The notes under the pieces: model-generated | Told to the model about the DNA's origin: nothing | Seen by the model: only the letters and a program-made list of their open reading frames with translations | Database searches by the model: none | Origin: an uncultured archaeon | GTDB taxonomy: Archaea > Thermoproteota > Bathyarchaeia > Bathyarchaeales > Bathycorpusculaceae | Assembly (NCBI GenBank): GCA_963782915.1 | Contig: CAWALK010000001.1 | Location: forward strand, 96,001-160,000 | Direction: 5' to 3' | Length of the DNA: 64,000 nt | In this document: one piece after another, positions 38,749 to 51,006 of the stretch | How positions within the stretch are numbered: the first letter of the stretch is position 1 | How the letters are laid out: each line of letters starts with the position of its first letter | Position numbers and translations under genes: made by a program

Positions 38749-39207
38749 ATGCAGAAAAACCTTGACCTAACCAAAGCAATCGGATACATCGACATACGCG
38801 TTTTTGCGCACGCAACCGATAACACAGCTAAAGTCGAAGCGGCAACAAAAAACCTGTTTCCCGAAAGCCTCACAGAATCCCTAATCTTTGCACAAACAAC
38901 CCTCTCGGGGCATCATTCAAACCCCATCATCATGCTTACGGCTAAACTAACAGACCGCAAACTACTCCCATCTGCACTCGAAAAACTTGGCGCTGGCTTA
39001 AGCGCACTCGATAAGGAGCAGCTAAACGAAGAAATCAAGCTCCATCTTGAAAAAGGCAACTTGTATTTGCGCTTTGACAAACAAGCCGCCTACTTGGGGC
39101 AAGCCAAATTTACGCAAAATGACCCTATTCATGTTAAAGTTCATTTTAAGGACAAAACCGCAGATGAAGTTATCGAGTTGGCTAAGCAGTTTGGGTTGCT
39201 GCCATGA
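38749..39207 (+). CDS. RNA-binding protein of the exosome/RNase P superoperon (COG1325/DUF54)
   Basis: VFAHATD...KV, GHHSNPI, LYLRFDKQAAY. Confidence 0.85.
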   Translation: MQKNLDLTKAIGYIDIRVFAHATDNTAKVEAATKNLFPESLTESLIFAQTTLSGHHSNPIIMLTAKLTDRKLLPSALEKLGAGLSALDKEQLNEEIKLHLEKGNLYLRFDKQAAYLGQAKFTQNDPIHVKVHFKDKTADEVIELAKQFGLLP

Positions 39208-39938
39208 AACGTGCCTTTGCCGATTTGCACCTAAGAGTTAACCCTAAAGATACCCAGGCAACTGGGCGCTCAATAGAGCGTGCAGCAAAATTTGGTTATA
39301 GCCGCATCAGCATCCCATTTAGCAATCAACTCGAAGACGCCCAAATCTCAGCGCTAAAAACCGCTTGCAGCCAAGCAGGCTTAGATTTTGTGGTCCGAGC
39401 GGATTTTAAACCACGCAACCAAGAGGACCTCATGCGTTTCCTACGCAAATTTCGCCGCAAAGTAGAGGTTATCTGCATTGTCTGTGACGAAAAAGAAATC
39501 GCCCGAAGCGCAGCCAAAGACCGCAGAGTTGATTTAATTAATTTTCCAAGCTTGGATTATCATAAGCGCTTCTTTGATAGGGCTGAAGCAGAATTAGCCA
39601 GCTGCAGCCAAACCGCCCTTGAAGTTGACGTGAAATCTCTTCTGATATTGGAGGGTCCACCGCGTGTTCGGCTGTTGTCTAGTTTGCGGCGTGAAGTTGC
39701 GCTTGCTAAGGAATTTCATGTTCCCATTGTGGTTTCGAGCGGTGTTGGCGAGGAGCATTTGATGCGTATGCCAAGGGATCTTGCAAGTCTGGGGTACCTA
39801 TTTGGTTTGGGCGAGATGGAAGCGCTAGATGCAGTTTCTATTAATGCAAATAGCATTGTTGATCGTAACCGAGAAAAGTTAAGTTCCAAATTTGTTGCGC
39901 CTGGCATTAGCTTACTCAAGGAGGGTAATGCCGATTGA
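39204..39938 (+). CDS. rnp3: RNase P protein component 3 (Rpp30)
   Basis: FADLH, RSAAKDRRVDL, VPIVVSSG...MRMPRDL; operon context. Confidence 0.88.
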   Translation: MKRAFADLHLRVNPKDTQATGRSIERAAKFGYSRISIPFSNQLEDAQISALKTACSQAGLDFVVRADFKPRNQEDLMRFLRKFRRKVEVICIVCDEKEIARSAAKDRRVDLINFPSLDYHKRFFDRAEAELASCSQTALEVDVKSLLILEGPPRVRLLSSLRREVALAKEFHVPIVVSSGVGEEHLMRMPRDLASLGYLFGLGEMEALDAVSINANSIVDRNREKLSSKFVAPGISLLKEGNAD

Positions 39939-40246
39939 AGCGTGTTAAACGCCGATATTTAGCGCTGCAACTTGAACGCGACGGCTTGCCAAGTGAACGC
40001 GAGTTTATGGATGCTATATGGGCTTCCACAACAAAGTTGTACGGTGAGGTTGGGGCAAGCTTGACTGGTTTGGCGTTGATTAATTTTGATGGTGAGCGCA
40101 AGATTTTTGTGGTTAGGTGTAACCTTGCTGTTTTGCCTTCGGTGAGGGCTTCTGTGGCTTCGGTTACAGTTGTTGCTGGGGTGCAGGCGTCTGTTCATGT
40201 TTTAGCTGTTTCCGGTACGCTTAAGGCGCTGTATTCCAACATTTAG
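39935..40246 (+). CDS. rnp2: RNase P protein component 2 (Pop5)
   Basis: KRRYL, LYGEVG, VVRC, VSGTLK. Confidence 0.9.
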   Translation: MKRVKRRYLALQLERDGLPSEREFMDAIWASTTKLYGEVGASLTGLALINFDGERKIFVVRCNLAVLPSVRASVASVTVVAGVQASVHVLAVSGTLKALYSNI

Positions 40247-40426
40247 ATTATTGTTATGTAAAGTTTTTCTTTACATTGTGACAAGACAAGCAGAAGTTAA
40301 GTCACGTATTCCCTTGAACAATCTTACATAATGTCTGCAGAAACGTTTATCAATTGCAGATAAGCGTTAATTAGCGTTACAAAAAGCGTAGCATAAAACG
40401 TAAAACAAGACCGAGAAGAGCAAAAA

Positions 40427-41656
40427 ATGGACATAAAAGACTTCTTCTTCAAAATGCAACCACTAAAAACCGAAGCAATAATCGACGATACAACACTTCG
40501 GGACGGCATCCAAATGCCCGGCTTAGCCGCAAGCCCAAAAGACGCCGCAAAAATCGCCCAATTACTAACCCAAATAGGCGCAGAAAGAATCGAAGTGTTC
40601 CACTATCAGGAACCCGACAAAAAAGCCGCCAAAATGATCATGGATCAAAACCTCGATGTACGAGTTGCCGGTTGGTGCCGCGCAGTCAAAGAAGACATCG
40701 ACAGCGCAGTAAAATGCGGCTTCAAAGAAGTAGGCATCTCACATCCAGTATCAGACATTCACTTTAAAGCTAAATGGCCAGAAAAAACACGAGACCAAAT
40801 CCTCGCCAACATAGTTGACGTTACAGAGTACGCAGCAAAAACCTGCGGCCTTAGAACCTTTATGCACGGCGAAGACAGCACACGTGCAGACTGGGACTTC
40901 GAGCGAAAATTAATCAACGCAGTAGCCGATGCAGGCGCAGAATGTTACCGTATCTGCGACACTGTAGGCATTGGGCTCTCAGACCCAGAAGCACCCTTGC
41001 CAAATGGTATCCCCGCAAAAGTGCTAGCCATCAAAAAAGAAACCCGCATGAAAGCCATAGAAATCCATGCACACGACGACTTCGGAAACGCAGTCGAAAA
41101 CACCATGGCAGGCATCAAAGCAGCTTCAGGCGTATGGGACAAAGTCTATGCATCTACAAGCTATCTTGGCATCGGTGAACGTGCAGGCAACGCAGAAACA
41201 GAAAAAGTCCTACTCAACCTATACTTGCACTATGGCGTCATGAAATTCGAGGGCAAAACTGAGAAACTCAAGGAAGTTGCAGATTACATCGGCAAAGCCA
41301 CAGGCTACACAGTTCCACCCAACAAAGCAATCGTTGGCGACTACGGGTTTGCCCATGAATCAGGCATACACACCCACGGAGTCCTCAACGACCCCTGGAC
41401 CTATGAGCCATATCCACCGGAACTAGTCGGCAACCAAAGACGCTTAACCATCGGCAAACAATCCGGCAAAGGCATCATTAAACACAAAATCACTGAACTC
41501 TCAGGCAGCGAACCAGACGACGATACAGTAGCCGGCGTAGTTGAAGTGGTCAAGGGCATCTATGCCAACGGACGCAGAGCATCGCTCAAAGAGGATGAAT
41601 TCAAAAAGGTTCTTCGGAGCCTAAAAATCATCCCCGAAAGCAACGGCTGCCACTAA
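40427..41656 (+). CDS. Homocitrate/isopropylmalate/Re-citrate synthase family (DRE-TIM) without regulatory domain
   Basis: DDTTLRDGIQMPG, HAHDDFG, GIGERAGNA, AHESGIH, IGKQSG. Confidence 0.88.
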   Translation: MDIKDFFFKMQPLKTEAIIDDTTLRDGIQMPGLAASPKDAAKIAQLLTQIGAERIEVFHYQEPDKKAAKMIMDQNLDVRVAGWCRAVKEDIDSAVKCGFKEVGISHPVSDIHFKAKWPEKTRDQILANIVDVTEYAAKTCGLRTFMHGEDSTRADWDFERKLINAVADAGAECYRICDTVGIGLSDPEAPLPNGIPAKVLAIKKETRMKAIEIHAHDDFGNAVENTMAGIKAASGVWDKVYASTSYLGIGERAGNAETEKVLLNLYLHYGVMKFEGKTEKLKEVADYIGKATGYTVPPNKAIVGDYGFAHESGIHTHGVLNDPWTYEPYPPELVGNQRRLTIGKQSGKGIIKHKITELSGSEPDDDTVAGVVEVVKGIYANGRRASLKEDEFKKVLRSLKIIPESNGCH

Positions 41657-41772
41657 ACAGCAAAAGAAAAACCCTAATCCATTTTCTTTTGGGTTGAGGG
41701 TAACTTGATTTTTTCTTTTATCTTAAATTTTTGTTTTAGGCAACTTTACCCAAATTTACGTAATCTAAACAA

Positions 41773-41817
41773 AGCTCGTTGTTGTTGCTCTCTGCAGCCT
41801 ACCCCCCTCTATTTATA
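41773..41817 (-). repeat. Repeat family A, copy 3
   Basis: Reverse complement TATAAATAGAGGGGGGTAGGCTGCAGAGAGCAACAACAACGAGCT. Confidence 0.7.
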
Positions 41818-42169
41818 GTGTAAACAAACGCTGAGTCAATCACCATGGGGCAGTCAGCATTCATTGGAAAAATGCGGCGCCTTCAAGGCAAATGTTAGCT
41901 GATATGAGGTATTTTCTATGCATTTATACCACCTTTGATTTAGGGGCTACGTTGAGGACGACGCACCTCTCAGAGGTACCTCCCCTCCCCTATGCTGAGC
42001 GGCGAATCAGGGCGTTTTGGTTGGTTGTGGGTTTGTATCCCCGTCCATGGCATTTCCGGTCCAAGCATTTGAAAAGTATTTACATTTAAAATAAAACAAA
42101 CGTGCAGTTATATTGCAGAAATGCTTTTCATTCAGCCACAATAAGTTAAATGTATTGGAAGGATGCAAA

Positions 42170-42298
42170 ATGGTTAAAAAAGAAGTTTGTGATTCATGCC
42201 AAGAAAATAAAGCCGAATACGCCTTAGACGAAAGAAACCTATGTTGCGACTGCTACAAACGCGAAGTCAAAGAAGAACCAATCATAGTCATAGCTTAG
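42170..42298 (+). CDS. Small zinc-finger micro-protein (42 aa)
   Basis: MVKKEVCDSCQENKAEYALDERNLCCDCYKREVKEEPIIVIA; two CxxC motifs; GGAAGGA upstream. Confidence 0.7.
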   Translation: MVKKEVCDSCQENKAEYALDERNLCCDCYKREVKEEPIIVIA

Positions 42299-42320
42299 CC
42301 TTTGGCATACAAAGTGTTAA

Positions 42321-43280
<960 letters not shown>

Positions 43281-43283
43281 TTC

Positions 43284-45503
43284 TTAAGTTGATGTGAATC
43301 GGTCAAACGTCGTCAGTGCACTCATCGACCCACATGATGGGCATTTGTGCAGTGTGCCAACCCAGTTTTTCTTGCAGTTGCCGCAGAAGCATATTGTGCG
43401 GTTGTAAGTGAAGAATTCGCTGGCTTGATTCTCAATTATGCGTTTTGTTAAGTCGAGTAGGGCTTCGGGGTTGAATTCGTCGCCGTCTAACTCGTAGACA
43501 TCCAAGCTTCCGCCTGTAGTTGAGACCTTTGGTGGTTTGCGCCATCTCTATTGTGCCTGTGGGTGCGATGAGGTTCTGGGCGGCTTTTATTTGGATGCGT
43601 TTGATGGTTGAATAGTATGGTTTGTCTCGGGATCCTGAGAATTTGACTTTGGCGACGCCGTATCTTTCTACGTCGAGTTGTGCTAGGCGTTCTGCGGCTT
43701 CGCGGTCGATTAGCACTGCGGGGTAGAGGCGTTTGCCATATTTTCTGCCCAGCTTCTGCTTAAACGCCAGCAGAGCGGTGATGACTTCTTCCGTGAATTT
43801 TCGGCTTTCCTCGTCACCCATGCTTTTTTCGGTAAAAGTTTCAACCGCTTCCTTTAACCCTGCCAAATTTATTATTCTTGAGCAGTTTTCCAAGCGGAAG
43901 TATGTGTCGCCGTTGCCCTTCTGCATCAGAAACGGCAGACGAGTTTTTGCCATACTGTTTTAGTGCATTGCTCTTTAGGCTTAATGCGCGTGCGGCTAAT
44001 TCATAGCGTTCTTTGGTTAAGTCGATGAATTTGTTTTTGTCTTTTTCACATTCAATCGCTATTCTGGGGAGATTGATGGTTACGGAGCCGAGGCAGCCTG
44101 TGCGTAGGGTATCGGTTTCCCAGTCGCCTGTTGAGTCAGCAATGAATTTGACGCCTGTTGAGGAGAAGGCTGCGTTCTCTGTTTCCTTCTTAGTCAAATT
44201 GGAGAAGTATAGTAGCCCATTTTTTGCGGCTAATTCATGAGCTTTTCTGAGAAGCGCAAGGGCTTTTTCGTCGCCATAAACGTCGCTGCTGACTTTAATG
44301 ACAAGTTTAGGGCATAAGTAGCGGTTTAATGGCGCTTTCTTCCGCGAAAATGTCGATTATTAGTGATGCCAGCAGCTGGGCTTCTTGGAGGTAATCGCCA
44401 TATTTGCCGCAGGCTTTCCCCTCGGAGCCAATGGCTTCTTTCTCCGATGCCGACTTGGAGATGCAGAGTTCAAGCGCCAGTGTGGCATCGACATGTTGGT
44501 TAAGGTTGAGTATGAACAGGCGCAGGTTCTCTTTGAGGCTGACAACTTCGTTGCCCCGAATAAACGGTGCAAGTGACAGGTTAAAGTAGTTGAAGGTCTG
44601 GGTTCGGTTGGTTTCTCGGTAACTATGCAGTAATACGTTGAAGGCTATGGAGAGGGCAGATTTGAAATCTTTAGGCGGTTCCATGTAGACTTGGCGTGCA
44701 TCGTCGAGTCTGATGCCGTGTTGGTAGAAGTAGCGCAGTTCATGGATGACTTCGCTGGGTTTTAGCACCCAAGTGCCTAAGCCGTCGATGTGGATGGCAC
44801 CTGAGAGATGTGCGTCGGCGATGTCTCTGGGGAAAATGTTTAGGAGCGCATATTCTGCTAAGACAGTTTCTCCTGCCCGATTGATGGTGTCCTCCGCGTC
44901 TAAGGGTGCATCTTTGGATTCGATAAGCGCTGTTACTTCATGGACTGGCATGCCAACGCGGGCTAGTTTATTGCGGTAATCTTCATAGCCTTTTTCGACG
45001 AGGATGCCGTTGACGACCTCGCGGATAAGCTGTGCGGTGAGGTACTTTGTTTTGGATTTTACGAGGCGTTTTTCTGCTTCTTTAGCTGCTTTTTGGGCTA
45101 ATTCAGCTGGAACTTTGGCTTCTTTGATTAGTGAGTTGGCGATTTTGTTGGCGTCAAACTCTTCAACGGTCAAATGTGAGGTGCGGACAAGCATGCCGCG
45201 GGGTTTAACCGCCTTCTTCTCGACGCGGTCGGCAACATCAAGCACCATCTTGCCCAAATCAGTGAGATAATACTTTTTGGCTTCAACGTCTGCCTCAACC
45301 AAATCGGCTTTGAGCAGAAATTTTAGGTGATAAGCAAACCTGCCTGCGTCGCGGCTGGGGTTCATTTTAAGCTGATTCATAAGTTCCGTGTAGGAGAGGG
45401 CGCTTTTGTCGAAGAGCAAGTTTAGGATTTGTAGCCTGAGGGGTGACGAAACGGCTTTTAGCACTTTGACGCCGCGGCTTCTAAGCGGTTGCTGATTAAC
45501 CAT
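43284..45503 (-). CDS. wHTH + ATP-cone + class III RNR (NrdD)-fold protein lacking catalytic motifs; three apparent frameshifts
   Basis: Fragments 44307..45503, 43841..44197, 43432..43953, 43284..43505. SSPLRLQIL..FAYHL (HTH), EEFDANKI...TAQLIRE (ATP-cone), IADAHLSGAIHI, VTINLPRIA, AAERLAQLD, CxxC...CPSCGS. Confidence 0.85.
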
Positions 45504-45614
45504 ACCCCTCTGTTCCTCTTGCCCGATTTTGTGGTGCTCTACCTATTATTCCAGTGGAGACTATAAACTTGACTAAAAAGGGGTTAAAAAGGGAAGTGTT
45601 GGGCAGTTGGCTGC

Positions 45615-46661
45615 TTAGGCGGGGCAGGGCTGCTGTTGGCTGATGCAGTGCAATGTGCCGAAGCCGTAGACTAGGTCTTTGCAGCATATGCCGACGACTT
45701 TGCGGGTTGGAAACAGCCCTTGGAGAATCTCCAGTGCCTTTTTGTCGTGGGGATGGTCAAAGACGGGTACAAGCACTTTGGTGTTGCCTATGTAGAAGTT
45801 TGTGTAGCTGGCGGGCAATCGGTAGTCTTCGTCGCTGACTACTTTAGGCATCGGCAACTTGATTATTGTTAGGGGTTTGCCGTCCTGGTCCACTGATTTG
45901 GTGAGCAAGTCATAGTTTTCTTTGAGTGCATCATAGTCGGCGTCGTTTTCGTTATCCTCATAAGCGCAGACGATGGTGGTGGGGTTGACGAAGCGGGCTA
46001 AATCGTCGATATGGCCGTCAGTGTCATCGCCTAAGATGCCGCGTTTGAGCCAGATGAAGTGGCGTACGCCCAAGAAATCGGATAGGTACTGCTCGATTTT
46101 CTGTTTGTTAAGGGTTGGGTTGCGGTTGCTGTTTAACAGGCACTGCTCGGTGGTTAAGAGTGTGCCTTCGCCGTTGACGTCAATTGAGCCGCCCTCCAAC
46201 ACAATGCCCGGTTTAAAGCAGGTAAGTTTTAGGTCCTTGTTTATGACGTCGGGGATTTCTTTGTCTTTGAGCAGGGTTTCGTATTTGTCGCCCCAGCTGT
46301 TGAAGTCCCAGTGAATCATCGCCAACTCATGCTTGGGGTTCTTGACGAAGATGGGGCCGTAGTCGCGGAACCAAACGTCAGCGTAGTCGGAGACCCAAAT
46401 GTGAACCCGATCCAAGTTGATGCTTACAGCTTTGAACATTGACGTGGCTTTCTTTTTTGTGGGCTCATCGATTACAAAGAGGTTTACTTCTTCGCTCTCA
46501 TGAATCTCCTTGATTATTTGGACATAGGTTTGTTCAACCCGATCGACGCGGTCAGGGAAAGTTGTTGGGTCATAGGGCCACGCTAACCAAATCGCGGCAT
46601 GACGTTGCCACTCCGCTGGCATTGCAAAGCCTTGATCATTGCAGGTTTTGTTGCAGCTCAT
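45615..46661 (-). CDS. aguA: Agmatine deiminase
   Basis: MPAEW, WFRDYGP, LEGGSIDVNGEG, DTDGHID, ASYTNF, GTLHCISQQQP. Confidence 0.95.
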   Translation of the reverse strand: MSCNKTCNDQGFAMPAEWQRHAAIWLAWPYDPTTFPDRVDRVEQTYVQIIKEIHESEEVNLFVIDEPTKKKATSMFKAVSINLDRVHIWVSDYADVWFRDYGPIFVKNPKHELAMIHWDFNSWGDKYETLLKDKEIPDVINKDLKLTCFKPGIVLEGGSIDVNGEGTLLTTEQCLLNSNRNPTLNKQKIEQYLSDFLGVRHFIWLKRGILGDDTDGHIDDLARFVNPTTIVCAYEDNENDADYDALKENYDLLTKSVDQDGKPLTIIKLPMPKVVSDEDYRLPASYTNFYIGNTKVLVPVFDHPHDKKALEILQGLFPTRKVVGICCKDLVYGFGTLHCISQQQPCPA

Positions 46662-47598
46662 TGTGTTGCATCTCCAGCTTTGGTTTTGACGAGTGGAGTG
46701 TAGGTGTCTGGGCGTCGGTTGCGCAGGAATCCCCAGCCTTCCTTGATGCGTTCGTTATGTGATAAATCTAGCTTGGCTATGATGACTTCCTCTTTTGTGG
46801 TGCTGCCTTCCGCTATGACTTTACCGAAGGAATCGCACACAAAGCTGCCTCCCCAGAACTCCAGCCAACCCTCTTCACCCACACGATTCACCGCTGCAAC
46901 GTGGATGCCATTAGCTATTGCGTGGGCACGCTGGACGGTTCTGCCAGGCGTCATGCCAGTCGCCGTCTTGGGAGGTGTGGCCTTTTATGTAGCCGATGGC
47001 TGTGGGATAAAAGATGATTTCTGCCCCATCCAAAGCGTTGATTCTTGCCGGTTCAGGGAACCATTGGTCATAGCAAATCAGCACACCGATTCGGGCGTAA
47101 GCGGTGTTGTAGGCTTTGTAACCCTCTTCGCCTGGGGCAAAGTAGTCTTTTTCGTAGAAGTACGGGTCATATGGAATATGCGCCTTGCGGTAGACGCCTG
47201 CGATGGAGCCGTCTGCGTCGATTACTACGGCCGTATTGTAGGTTTTGCCGTTGGGGTTCTTCTCAAAAAGCGGCGCAATAATCACAACTATGATGCTTTT
47301 TTGCCAACTCTGAAAACATGCGTGTGGAGTCGCCGGGGATGGATTCTGCCAGCGCTGACACGTCAAGGTGTTCTTCTTGTGGAAAATATTGTGAACGGTA
47401 AAGTTCCTGGAGGCAAATAATCTGTGCGCCTGCTTGCGCGGCTTCTATGATTTTTTCTTCTGTTTTCTTCATATTTGCCGCTATGTCTTCGGAGACAGCC
47501 GTTTGAATCAGCCCAACAGTTACTATCTTGCTGGGGGCGTTTTGGGTTGGTTTGCCGGTGTTAATATTTTTTCCATCCTTGATTCGAATATTCCACAA
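46658..47598 (-). CDS. aguB: N-carbamoylputrescine amidohydrolase (nitrilase family), two frameshifts
   Basis: ICLQEL, YRKAHIP..P.FYEK.YF, ICYDQWFPE, YPTAIG, HAIANG, RNRRPDTY; adjacent to aguA. Confidence 0.88.
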
Positions 47599-47783
47599 GT
47601 GTTCGTATTAACTTTTTTGAATCGTCTGCATGGGTGAAACGTGGAATTAAGCCCAATTGACCTTGGCTGCTGGCAGTGAAAATGCTTATTTCGCAAGAAG
47701 CCCTATAGTAACATGTTGTTTTAGGCTATTAAAAAAACAGATAGCCAAAGTTTTGTAGGGATTAATTATCGCAACTAAAGAAA

Positions 47784-49090
47784 TTGTTAGCGCATTCAAG
47801 CAGTTCACAGACCGATTTAGGACTGCTTATACCGAAACTTCTGCCGATAATAACAAAGAATACCGACAATTTTATCGGTCATCAGATGTTTCTCAAGCCA
47901 GAGCAATCATTTTCCTTCTAGCCCTAACCGTTGCGCTCTTTGGTATTGGTGACTATCTCTTTTTGGGTTTAACCCCCCTCTTCTATGCGTTGGTAACGTT
48001 AAGAGCAGGGTTGATTGTGTTTTCGGGTTTCCAGATCAGATACATTAAGCGAGTTACAGACCACAGAGTATACGATACATCAATTTTTTTGTATATGATA
48101 GTTTTGGTTTTCGGTGTCCTAGCGGTAAACTTTAGTCGCCCCGAAAATTTTCTTCCCCACATCATCGTCATCGATATGGCTGTCTTGGTTTTTTACTTGG
48201 TTGTGCCGACACGGTTTCTCTATCAAGCGTTAGCATCGTGGGCGTTTAGCATAGGCGAAGTTATCATAATCTCATTTACTTTTCAAGGGTTTATGGAACC
48301 CGGATTAATCACGGCATTGCTTAGCCTTTTATTTGCCAACATTGTAGCGGCGCTGACTAGTCTGAAATGCATTCTTACAGATGGCGAATGTACCAAATAT
48401 CAAAGGAACGCAAAGAAACAGACCGCTTAGCAGCCATCGGCCAAACCGCCGGAATGATTGGGCATGACATCCGCAATCCCCTGCAAGCTATAGTGAGCGA
48501 ACTCTACATTGCACAGGGAAGCCATGGCTGAGAGCCACTACCCCAAAGAAGAAACCGCACCTGCCATAGAAAGTATCGACCTTATCGAAGAACAAACCGA
48601 TTACATCAGCAAAATAGTCTCTGACCTACAAGACTACGCAAGACCACTCAAACCCGAATACAAAGAGGTGGATTTGGCAAAGCTGATCGCTAGCATCTTC
48701 CAAACAGTCCGAGTGCCCAACACTATAACATTGAAAATTGATGTTAAGGGCTTCCCAAAAATAAGCACCGACCCCACACTCATCAGGCGAGCATTAGCAA
48801 ACTTAGTTAACAATGCTATCCAAGCCATGCCCGACGGCGGAACCTTAGAGTTAACCGCCCAAAAAACCGAGCACACCGCAGCAATAGCAGTTACAGATAC
48901 AGGCAAAGGCATACCCGAAGAAGTCAAATCCAAACTTTTCACGCCGCTAGTCACAACTAAAGCGAAGGGTCAAGGATTGGGTTTGGCAGTTGTTAAACGC
49001 TTAGTTGAAGCATTAGGCGGGTCTATAACTTTTGATAGCCAAGTAGATAAGGGCACAAAATTCACCATTACTTTGCCTCTGAAGGAATAA
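47784..49090 (+). CDS. Membrane-bound sensor histidine kinase, frameshifted
   Basis: Multi-TM N-terminus (47963..48430); H-box AGMIGHDIRNPLQAI at about 48450-48495; NLVNNAIQAM, DTGKGI, GQGLGL. Start uncertain. Confidence 0.85.
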
Positions 49091-49138
49091 TTTCGGCTTA
49101 CAAAAAATTTTAAATTCAAAACATCCGTTAGCTTGGAT

Positions 49139-49297
49139 ATGGCGCCCCAAAAAGCAGTTAAGCAAAACATAACTTACTGTGTTCTTTATCTTGTAAGTAC
49201 GCTGTTTTTTCTAATGGTTATCACGTCTGGATTACAGGCACCAGCAATCCTCTCAGGCGCCGCTCTTGCTGTAGGTATTGACAGCATTATACAGTAA
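49139..49297 (+). CDS. Possible small membrane protein (52 aa)
   Basis: Manual translation MAPQKAVKQNITYCVLYLVSTLFFLMVITSGLQAPAILSGAALAVGIDSIIQ. Confidence 0.35.
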   Translation: MAPQKAVKQNITYCVLYLVSTLFFLMVITSGLQAPAILSGAALAVGIDSIIQ

Positions 49298-49360
49298 AAA
49301 ATAAAAAATATTTAAAAAAATAAAAAGAAAAAAGAAGACGTTAAGCCATCCGATTCAGGC

Positions 49361-50818
49361 TTAATTGGTCGCTGTCAATTGCTGAATTAGGGTTTCAGCT
49401 TCCTTTTTAGTCCTCTCAGCTTCCTTGGCCGCTTCCTTAGCGGCATTCTGAACGTCTCGAGCGATTTCTTTTAGCTGCTCAGAAGCAGCGGCTTGCTCCT
49501 CAATCGCTGAACTGGTCTCTTCAGAAGCCGATGAACTCTCCTCAGCAATGCTTGAAACCTCATCTATTGCCTGAACAACTTCGCTTAGCACCTGCAACCC
49601 GTTCTCCATATTTGAGGCGAGTTTCTGGATTTCACTGTTTGTCTGGGACATGATTTGGGCGATGCCTTCGGTTTCTTTTATTGCGCTCTGAATAACCGTA
49701 GAGCTTTCCTCTGCTCCCCTCTTAGACGCGACGGTAATGCGGCTTGTCTCTGCCCCAGAATCCTTAATTCCTTTCACTAAGGTGATGGCTCCGCCCGCGG
49801 CTTCTTTTGATTGTCCAGCTAAGCCCTTAACGGCATCTGCGACAACAGCAAATCCGCGGCCTGCTTCACCCGCACGGGCTGCCTCGATGGCGGCGTTAAG
49901 TGCTAGCATGTTGGTTTGGCCTGCGATGTCTGAAACAGAGTTTGCGAGTTCCCCTACTTTGTCTACTGCGCTGACCATGTTCCCCACGGCTAGGGATACT
50001 TTGGTGATGTCGGTTTGGATGCTGTTTATGGCAAGTATGCCCTTTTGGCCTTTGTCGTTTGCGTCAAGTGCCTTTTGTGTGGCTTCGTCAGCGATTTTTG
50101 AGGTATGTTTTACGCTGTCGCCTGCTTCATCCATAATTTTCTTGAGGTTCTCTGTTCGTTTAGCGGTTGACTGGGATAATTCAGCCAACTTCTGAGATCC
50201 AGTTGAAACCTGTTGAGAAGCGGTAATGACTTGCTGCATACCCACGTTTATTTGAGCTGCAACTTCAGCGGTTTTCTGACCAAGTTCAGCCATTTTAAGG
50301 CACTGTGCATTGACGTTATCAGCTATTGCTACAACGTTTTTTGATGCTGTACATGCTTTGGAAATGACGTCTTTTATATGCGTTATATCGGTGACTATTT
50401 CGACTGCGCCTACGACTTTTTTGTTTTCGTCATAGAGGGGTCGCCCAACGTACTGGATGGGAATTTCCAAGTTGCCAGGGTGAGCAACGGTTTGGGAGGT
50501 AGCGACTGCTTTTTCTTTCATCGCACGGGCGCATGCACATTTTTCTGTGTGGCAGTCGCCTGTTCTAAATAAGTCAAAGCATTTCTTACCCACTACTGAT
50601 CGAACATTTTCGCCGACTAGTTTTGCTCCAAATTTATTCATGAACGTAACTGCGAAGCTCTCGTCAACAGCCATTACGGGAGATGGGATGCTATCTAGAT
50701 ATTTCGCGTAAATTCCGCTTTTTTTATCTTGCAGCTTTAATCCTTCGTTTTCTTTAGTCAACTCTTCGATTTTTTGTTCAAGCTGCAACATAGTATTTTG
50801 TTCATTTGTCGAATTCAA
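49361..50818 (-). CDS. Soluble PAS-domain methyl-accepting chemotaxis protein
   Basis: PAS ([12 protein letters not shown]...FMN...GKKCFDLF); [30 protein letters not shown]; no TM segment. Confidence 0.95.
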   Translation of the reverse strand: MNSTNEQNTMLQLEQKIEELTKENEGLKLQDKKSGIYAKYLDSIPSPVMAVDESFAVTFMNKFGAKLVGENVRSVVGKKCFDLFRTGDCHTEKCACARAMKEKAVATSQTVAHPGNLEIPIQYVGRPLYDENKKVVGAVEIVTDITHIKDVISKACTASKNVVAIADNVNAQCLKMAELGQKTAEVAAQINVGMQQVITASQQVSTGSQKLAELSQSTAKRTENLKKIMDEAGDSVKHTSKIADEATQKALDANDKGQKGILAINSIQTDITKVSLAVGNMVSAVDKVGELANSVSDIAGQTNMLALNAAIEAARAGEAGRGFAVVADAVKGLAGQSKEAAGGAITLVKGIKDSGAETSRITVASKRGAEESSTVIQSAIKETEGIAQIMSQTNSEIQKLASNMENGLQVLSEVVQAIDEVSSIAEESSSASEETSSAIEEQAAASEQLKEIARDVQNAAKEAAKEAERTKKEAETLIQQLTATN

Positions 50819-51006
50819 GTGAATATGACTCTCCGTTTATTATGGCAATCATCAGTAAAATGAGTTTATAATAGCTTATGAATCGAAAATCCACGTAAAA
50901 ACTATAGACTTAACATACGGATGGGCATGTGCGTCTGCTAAAAATGTAAACAATTTATTTATTAACCCAGAGTGTTGAAGATACATAGTTTACTGGGGCA
51001 TTAGAC

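Noticed and set aside
43284-45503. Annotation as a functional anaerobic ribonucleotide reductase (nrdD)
   Set aside because: The glycyl-radical RxxGY motif and finger-loop Cys are absent, and no activase is adjacent.
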